16,032 bases of DNA from Vitrella brassicaformis CCMP3155. Lineage: Eukaryota > Protista > Chromerida. The DNA lies in NCBI GenBank assembly GCA_001179505.1, contig CDMY01000842.1, forward strand, positions 1 to 16,032. Direction: 5' to 3'. Every line of letters starts with the position of its first letter. Positions within the stretch are counted from its first letter, which is position 1. Positions 9,762 to 16,032 of the stretch are shown in pieces. The notes below the pieces were generated by a model. The model did not search any database. It was not told the origin of the DNA and was given only the letters and a program-made list of their open reading frames with translations. The translations under genes were made by a program, and so were the position numbers.

Positions 9762-12352
9762 ATGATGGGTGGCTCGGGGGATCTGGAGGATCTGTCGGGC
9801 CACACCACAGCACCTGGCACCATGATTAGCAAGGTGAGTGGGAGCTGTAGGGGAGCTGACGGGTCGGAAGATAACTGGCAAGTGACGACGAGTTTGCTGC
9901 CGTACTGTGTGTGTTTTCGTTTGATGCAGTTGTGTACCGACGCTAGTTTGTTGCGCGAGGGGCTCCAGAGGCTGCAGAGGGATGCACAGCAGAGCTGCGA
10001 GACGTACCAGCGAGATGGCGGTGGGTTGGCCAAGGCGTTGCTTTCGTCTGTGGTGTCACAAGTATTTGCTGCTGAGGCCTCCATGGCTGGTGCAATGGAC
10101 TCCCTCACCACAATGGCGGCCATGGCCCTCCCACAGCCAGCGGACGACACTGGCGCGTCCTCTGCTGCTGCTGCTGCTGCTGCTGTGGCCATCGCAGTGT
10201 CCCAGGAAGAGCCCAATGCTGAGGTATGAAGGACTAAGAGGGATTGGTGCAGGGTGGCATATGTGCATTTCTGTCCTGTTGCTGTGTTGCTGGCTGGTGC
10301 AGAGTAGTGCTATGGTAGATGAGGCGGCCGCCCCGACGCCATCGTTTCGCCTGGTCCACAAGTCGGGGAACCCGCCGCCGAACACTGGACCGGTGAGAGC
10401 AAGACAACAAAGACCGCCCATACGTGATCCTGGCGACCTCTGTGTGTCAATGTGTGTCTTGTACAGCCGTCCTTTCGCCTTTCCCGCGATGAGCTGGCGT
10501 GTGTGTTCGGCTTCTACCAGCCATCGGAGCTGACCCAGGTCGCCCCCACACTCCGCAAAACCCTCTTCGGCTGGGCGGCGCAGCAATACACCCACCTGAC
10601 CATCGACGGCTCGGACAAGGGCGGCGTGCGCCAGCAGTGGGAGCGAATGCCGCTGGAGGTGGCACACCGATGGGGCCGCCGGGCCACCAACCTCACCCAC
10701 CTGCACGTCATATACCCACGGGGAACCAGCCGCTGGTGTCGTGGGACCTGGGTGGCGCTGATCGAGGGCAATGCCGAGGCCAGGAAGGCCACGAAGGAGA
10801 AGAGGGAGGAGGAGCAGGGCGAGAGCGGGGCAGCAGCAGCAGCATCGGCAGCAGCCAGAGGGCAGGACCATGCATCCGCGGCGTCATCCATCAAGGTGCT
10901 CAGCTTCGAGGAGGATAGCGACGGAGAGCCGAATTGTGAGGCCAACGACGTCTCGTCCGACCCCCTGCCCCCGTCCCCCTCGCCCGTCGACCTGTCAGCC
11001 CTCGAGGAGGTGCACAACCTGCCATACGGCTGCGCGGAAGTCCGCACGAGCGATCGTGTGTGGCAGACGCCGTCGGTCCGGGTCATGACATTCGAGTGGG
11101 ACGATACTCCTGATCCTGAACGCGCGATCGGGGAGTGGATGGCCTCATGCGAGCATCTGGAGATATTTGACGACGACGGCACCTTCGAGACCAAGGCGGA
11201 GCTGCTGTGCATGCCGCCCCCCGGCACCTCCCTCGCCCGCCTCCGATCCATTGGCCCCATCTTTCTGCAGTACGGAGAGGCAGACGATTACCAAGATCGA
11301 GTGGCCGGCCTGCGGCAGGCCCTTGTGGCGCGGGGATGCCGGAAGTCCCTCCGCGAGCTGTCCATCGAGGCCAGCGAGATCACCGCCGAGAACAAGGGGC
11401 TGCTGCGAGAGGTGGCCCTGCTGTCGGAGGCTGTGCTGCACCCAGAGGCCCTCAGCGAGGCCCCAGTCGTCAAGTTGACACATGGTCGTGAGATGGAGGT
11501 GGAGCTCATTGAATGGATGGCCAATGAAAGCCCTCAGGTAGCAATCACACCATGGGCGGCTGCACGTCAACACCTCTACCCACAGTTGTTCCCCGTGTGC
11601 TCTGTCTGTGTGCCTGCAGGTGCAGAAGCTCGTTCGTGAGTTGGCCTCTGTCGCTGAGGTAGTCTCCTACAACAACGAGCTCACCGACCCCAATGCCGCC
11701 GCACACGCGACGGTCTTCCCCTGCGCCACCACATTCCGCTGCACGGCGGGAGAGCTGTCGGCTGAGGAGATCGACGGCCTCGCCAAGACGGTCGCCAGCA
11801 GCATGCCCCAGTGCCGCACCATCCACCTTGGAGACGCAGACGAGGACGCGCTGAAGCATGCTGTGGCGTTTCTGAGATCACTCAGGAGGCACATGGCTAC
11901 AGAGGATGGCCAAGGGGGCGGCGAGGGGGAGGGGGAGAAGCACCTGTCAGTGACAATTGCAGTGTCGGTGACTGGCATCTTACATCGTAGCCTGCCGCTG
12001 CAGCTGTGGCCGAACCGCGACCTGCCGGCCATCGACGACGTCTTCATCAGAGTGATGGGTAAGATGCTTACCACTAACGTCAGTCACGTTTGACGTCTTG
12101 TCTTGGTGTGGCTATACAGGCAGCCTGCCACCTGGCGCGACAGAGGAGGCCCTTTACGGCTCGCTCATGGCGTCGCTCACTGGCGTCATGTCGCGACCCG
12201 GCGTGAGCAAGGCCTCTGCATGGCTCTGCCACTCTGTGCTTAAGGGCGTGCGGCGGCTGTTCAACACGCACCTGGCGGCGTTTAACCTGCTGGGCGCACC
12301 ATACACCATCACCATGCGGTACGACACCATCACCATCGCCAGGCGCACATAG
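9762..12352 (+). CDS. Hypothetical protein of a probably lineage-expanded family with an F-box-like motif followed by LRR-like segments, ~732 aa, 6 exons
   Basis: Exons 9762-9833, 9930-10223, 10303-10392, 10467-11537, 11620-12058 and 12120-12352 are in phase with GT-AG introns. The motif RLSRDELACVFGFYQPSELTQV...LFGWAAQQYTHLTID resembles an F-box helix pattern. Later segments (LSALEEV, LRELSI, LEIFD) are LRR-like. The CDS is well supported; the domain calls are weak. Confidence 0.8.
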
Positions 12353-12879
12353 ACGACACACAGTTGCTGGTGAGGAGGGGAAGGGATTTGACAGGGCATA
12401 CACCTGTGCTTCAGGTGTTCTGTCCTTGTGTGTGTCTTGGTAGGTAGCCGTAGATCTAGATTCGAATATCGGCAGCCTGCCTGCTGTTGGATGGAGCAAA
12501 TATTGGTGGCTGCGGGCGTGGCGGAGGGACACAGCCGATCGGACTGGCTGTCGATTGCTGGGTAGACACTAGTGGATGGATGGACACATGTACGTGCAGC
12601 GGCTGTCGAACATTGAGTATGCCCGACTGCTGCATAGGTGTGTGTGTGTGCGAATTAAATCGATGCATAATGTGGGATCGGCCTTGTGGGCTTCGCTCCT
12701 GCACACATCAGGTCAAACCGCCTTTTTTAGATCGCTGCAACCGAGCTAATGGATGGACGAGTCAGCTACGCAGTCATCAGTGTCACGAGCCATGCACATC
12801 CATCCAGCTGTGCATCACGCCAGGTCAGAGCTTCGCATGGCTGTGTCTGTCTGCCCCCCCTCCTAAGAATGCGCTGCTC

Positions 12880-14915
12880 CTATAGGTAGGTGGTGATGAA
12901 CAGCGGGCACTGGCGAAGCGTCACTAAATCCGCCACCAGATCGCCCGCCTCGTCCGCACTGCTGCTAATCGTGCTGGTGGTGGAGGTGGTGCCACCACCG
13001 CCCTCCTGAGGATGCCCCTCAGCGGCATTCAGATCACACACCACCTCGCGAATCATCTCCCTGCACACGAGCACAACACACATACACAGATCAGCCATTC
13101 CATTGGGGAGGCGTGTGTGTGGGGGTGTTGGTGTGAGAGACATACCTGACGAGCGGTGCGGTGACTCTGTCTGCAGCAGCTGCCTTGTGTCGCTTGTGAG
13201 TCACGACGGACAGGGGGGCGCGGGAGTGGCTGTCGGCGTCAGGGACGGCAGCCGGGGGCGACTCGAACGGCACACCGTGGCGGATCTGCTGCCAGATCTG
13301 ACACACGCACACACACATACACACATACACCTCGGTCGTCATGGATGCGTCCACGGTGTGGAGGGATCGGGGGGCTGGTGGTACCTGAGCACGCGAGATT
13401 TCAGCAGTGGCGGAGTCTTCTACTTTGCCGTTCATAATGAGGTGGCCCCGCCCCTCCAGCCAGCCCTTGACGTAGCGCACACACACCTACACGCACACAG
13501 CAGACGAGACCCGTGTGACGTGACGGCCGCTCTTGGTGGCTGGCTGACCTCTATGTTGGTGCGGAGGCTGTCGAGAGAGACGTCGTTTTCTGCACACATA
13601 CGAACAGACACACATACGCACAGAGGGAGAGAGGGAGACAGAGCGGATGGAATATTTTGTGTGGCTGTGCTAATTCACGCCAGCGTGCCTGTGGGTATCT
13701 GCAGCAGGTCGTGCGCCGTCACGGTATCGGCATCGCGGGCAGCGTAAGACGACAGCTGATTCGGACACCTGGGTAGCACACACCACCCACACAGACAAAT
13801 GATTCCCTGACGTGGCGTTGAGAGGCATCCCACCCCGAGCCACCCTACCCTTTTGCGAAGTGCTTGGCGAATGCGTCCTGGATGGGCTGCACCAGCGACA
13901 GGTCGTACACGAGCGCACCGTCCGCACCAGCCAGCGCATCGCCCTCCTTGGCCGACACACACGCACTCACCTGCAGAGCCAACACACCCACCACACAGAC
14001 AGACAACAGGCAGGCCATCAGTTTGTCCAAGGGCCTTGACTGCATGTGTGTGGATGGTTTGTGTGTACCAGTAGTTGTTTGTCGTGTGTGGTGAGTGAGC
14101 CGTCGTCGACGCCAGCGAACATGCCGCCGGTGGCCGGGGCGCCGCGCCTGAGAGGAAGGCCAAGGAACGAAGCGACATCCATCGGTGTGTGTGAGAGGAG
14201 AGAAAGGTGTACCTGTGGCAGGTGGCTATGACCTTCCTCCGGTAGCTTTTCATGAAGTGACGATCCATCGACACATAACTACACACACAGATGCACACAC
14301 AGACACAGACACGCTGATGCCGTCCGTGTGCGCCCTTCTCCAACACCATGGTGTCCGCCCACCGGTTTCTATCGGGGAATATTTTGCGTCTGTCGTGGCC
14401 CATGCGTGTGATGAACGAGGCCGCGTAGTCCCACATGCCGCAGTTGAGGCCGGCCGAGTGGTTCCGCAGCTCCCACAGCATCTCGTCCATCTCAAAGGCC
14501 GCCGGCAGACTCTCAATCAACACACACGCTAAACCAATTACACACACTAGCACACACACACACGAAGCGCACAAAATCACGAGTCTCTCTCTCTCTCTCT
14601 CTCGTCCCTCTCTCTCTGTCGCACCTTTGATGGTGTTTGCGGGAATGTCGAGGGCCTCCTCTGTCCATGCGAAGATCCTGTCCCACAGAGCGGCCTCACT
14701 CGCACTCTCCAGCTGCAGCACACAGACACAGACAGACACAGAAACGAGACGAACCACCCACTTGTCAAGTGAGTGCATCCCTCTGCTTGTTTGGTGGGTG
14801 TGTGTGTGTACCTTTGAGAGGTAGAGGAACGGTCCCCTGCTGAGTTCCGCCAGGTGTCGGCCGGAGGAGAAGACAAACATGCCAAAGCCGAACAAGGCTC
14901 CGCTCACTCGACGAC

Positions 14916-14955
<40 letters not shown>

Positions 14956-15497
14956 AGAGAGAGATGTCGTCCATCTGGATAGGGGTTCGTGTGTCGCTGA
15001 CCGTTGACCATGACGTTTGCCTCGATCATGTTCCATGCACGAGGGCTGCAACACAACACAGCACAACACAACACAACACAGCACAACGATCAAAATGGCA
15101 CATCCATCCATCCATCGATGTGGCGGTCTCACTCTGACTCACCGGACCATCATGACGGTGGAGGTGCCGTCTGTGGCCGCACGTGTGTGGCCCTCCTGGT
15201 CGCCCGGCAGCTGGCCCCTGGCTGCGTTGGCCACATTGAGGTGACCGATCAGCACATTCCGCCACGACGGACAGAAGCCGTCGTCAAAGTCAACCTGCAC
15301 ACACACACACAGACTCTGATTGTTTCAGCCTCGACGACTGTCATGCGATTGAGTGGCTGTGACTGACCTGGACGCCCTGTGCGCCGGAGAGCATGGCGTT
15401 CCGCAGTAGAGGTCCGTTGGAGGGGTCCACATCGCCGATGTCCACTCGGCGGTCGAGCAATGCCGCTGGCAGGGGGGCTATCCTCTAATCAGACGAC
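12880..15497 (-). pseudogene. MLS: Malate synthase (MSA fold, glyoxylate cycle), multi-exon; probably disabled or N-terminally truncated
   Basis: Spliced translation contains DRRVDIGD, GAQGVQVDFDDG, VRPRAWNM, GPFLYLSKLES, VLIESLPAAFEMDE, HSAGLNCGMWDY, CHRRGAPATGGM, VEDSATAEISRAQIWQQIRH and FITTYL. The catalytic and Mg-binding Arg, Glu, Asp and Asp positions are present. An in-frame TAG at 15487-15485 sits at the conserved Trp (SSD*RIAPLP), and no N-terminal exons are recognisable. Family identity is near certain; pseudogene status is less so. Confidence 0.85.
15049..15087. repeat. Intronic pentanucleotide microsatellite (CACAA/CACAG)n. Other intronic dinucleotide tracts include (GA)n at ~6710-6729, (TC)n at ~14584-14601 and (CA)n at ~14919-14946
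   Basis: Directly visible; these lie in introns of the assembled gene models. Confidence 0.85.
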
Positions 15498-15613
15498 CTG
15501 CAGACATCACAGACAGACAGACTGACAGACAGACGAACAGACAAGTGGATCAGTGTCTCGTGATCTCGAGGCTCACTTGATTTGTGCGGATGGATGTGCT
15601 ACCTGTATGAGTG

Positions 15614-15649
15614 GACGTGTTGCATTTGACTTTTCAAATGCAACACGTC
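15614..15649. repeat. Perfect 16-bp inverted repeat with a 4-nt loop: GACGTGTTGCATTTGA-CTTT-TCAAATGCAACACGTC
   Basis: Arms 15614-15629 and 15634-15649 are exact reverse complements. Confidence 0.95.
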
Positions 15650-15730
15650 AATCAATGAAAGCAGAGACAGAATTGGGTACTTTGTTACACTATAGGACAC
15701 GGCAGGTTGACCGCACACCCAGCCAGCGCA

Positions 15731-15862
15731 ATGCAGAGCAGCAAATCAAATCCCATCAGAGCAGTCGAGCAAACAAAAGACGACCTTCGAGCCAGACGGC
15801 AAGAGATCATCACTCACAGGTGTGCGAAAAGGCCGGTGAGGACCTTTCCTGTAGTTAGCTGA
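15731..15862 (+). other. Possible short ORF MQSSKSNPIRAVEQTKDDLRARRQEIITHR running into the repeat
   Basis: ATG at 15731, 30 codons to the repeat junction, and a stop inside the repeat. CAG|GTGTGC at the junction could be a splice donor. No family recognised. Confidence 0.25.
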
Positions 15863-16032
15863 ATAGAGGATCTGCTGGGCGGTAAGTCCCAGAGTAAGAG
15901 TGCTTTTACTTTAATAAGACCGATGGACTGGCCAATCAGTCAAAGTTGTTTCTGTCCATGTATGGCATCATGAAGGGTGGTCAACACAGATCTCACTTCG
16001 GTGATGGCTGATAAGATCGTGTCTCCTCAGAA
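15821..16032 (+). repeat. Right copy of the repeat (15821-15954 matches 1-133 inverted; probably continues to the window end); candidate mobile element end
   Basis: Starts TGTGCGAAAAGGCCGG and is ~96% identical to the left copy. No long ORF. That 15955-16032 belongs to the repeat is inferred, since the left copy is cut by the window edge. Confidence 0.9.

Noticed and set aside
7306-10871. Long ORF-track calls such as 7306-8349(-), 9197-10216(-, upstream part), 10056-10871(-) and 8904-9455(+)
   Set aside because: These are antisense shadows of GC3-rich exons or run through introns (CVCV/HTHT/RERE peptides). Splice signals support the opposite strand.
12880-15487. Reassignment of TAG to an amino acid to explain the malate synthase stops
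   Set aside because: The TRP (4748-4750), FKBP-like (8363-8365) and F-box-like (12350-12352) genes all appear to end in TAG.
15650-15820. Idea that the missing malate synthase N-terminus lies inverted here (LLHYRTRQVD resembling LLxxRxxRQxxxD)
   Set aside because: The motif spacing does not match and there is no further similarity, so it is too weak without a profile search.
1-16032. Polinton/Maverick or endogenous virus, given the ~16-kb span with terminal inverted repeats
   Set aside because: The interior holds intron-rich host-type genes. I found no pPolB, retroviral-type integrase, packaging ATPase or capsid motifs.

Overview
Intron-rich, GC-rich eukaryotic nuclear DNA. The short GT-AG introns with (CA)/(GT)/(GA) tracts and the gene families suggest a chromerid alveolate such as Vitrella brassicaformis; this is inference. 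I assembled exons by hand from splice signals and reading phase. Genes alternate strictly in head-to-head pairs: a short truncated ORF (-, 255-115) with an ankyrin-TRP cation channel (+, 551-4750); a BTB/coiled-coil/degenerate-FKBP protein (-, 7275-5498) with a small degenerate-FKBP protein (+, 7567-8365); an acidic-tailed hypothetical gene (-, ~9690-8913) with an F-box-like lineage-family protein (+, 9762-12352); and malate synthase (-, 15497-12880) with a weak short ORF (+, 15731-15862). The main unexplained structure is a ~134-bp, ~96% identical non-coding repeat at both window ends in inverted orientation (1-133 and 15821-15954). Read outward, each copy starts with TGTG and interrupts a reading frame. 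Several genes inside show lesions. Malate synthase has TAG at a conserved Trp, lacks recognisable N-terminal exons, and has an out-of-frame AKL-stop (PTS1-like) after its stop. The TRP and acidic-tail genes have frame discontinuities. No rRNA, tRNA, CRISPR array, transposase or integrase was recognised.
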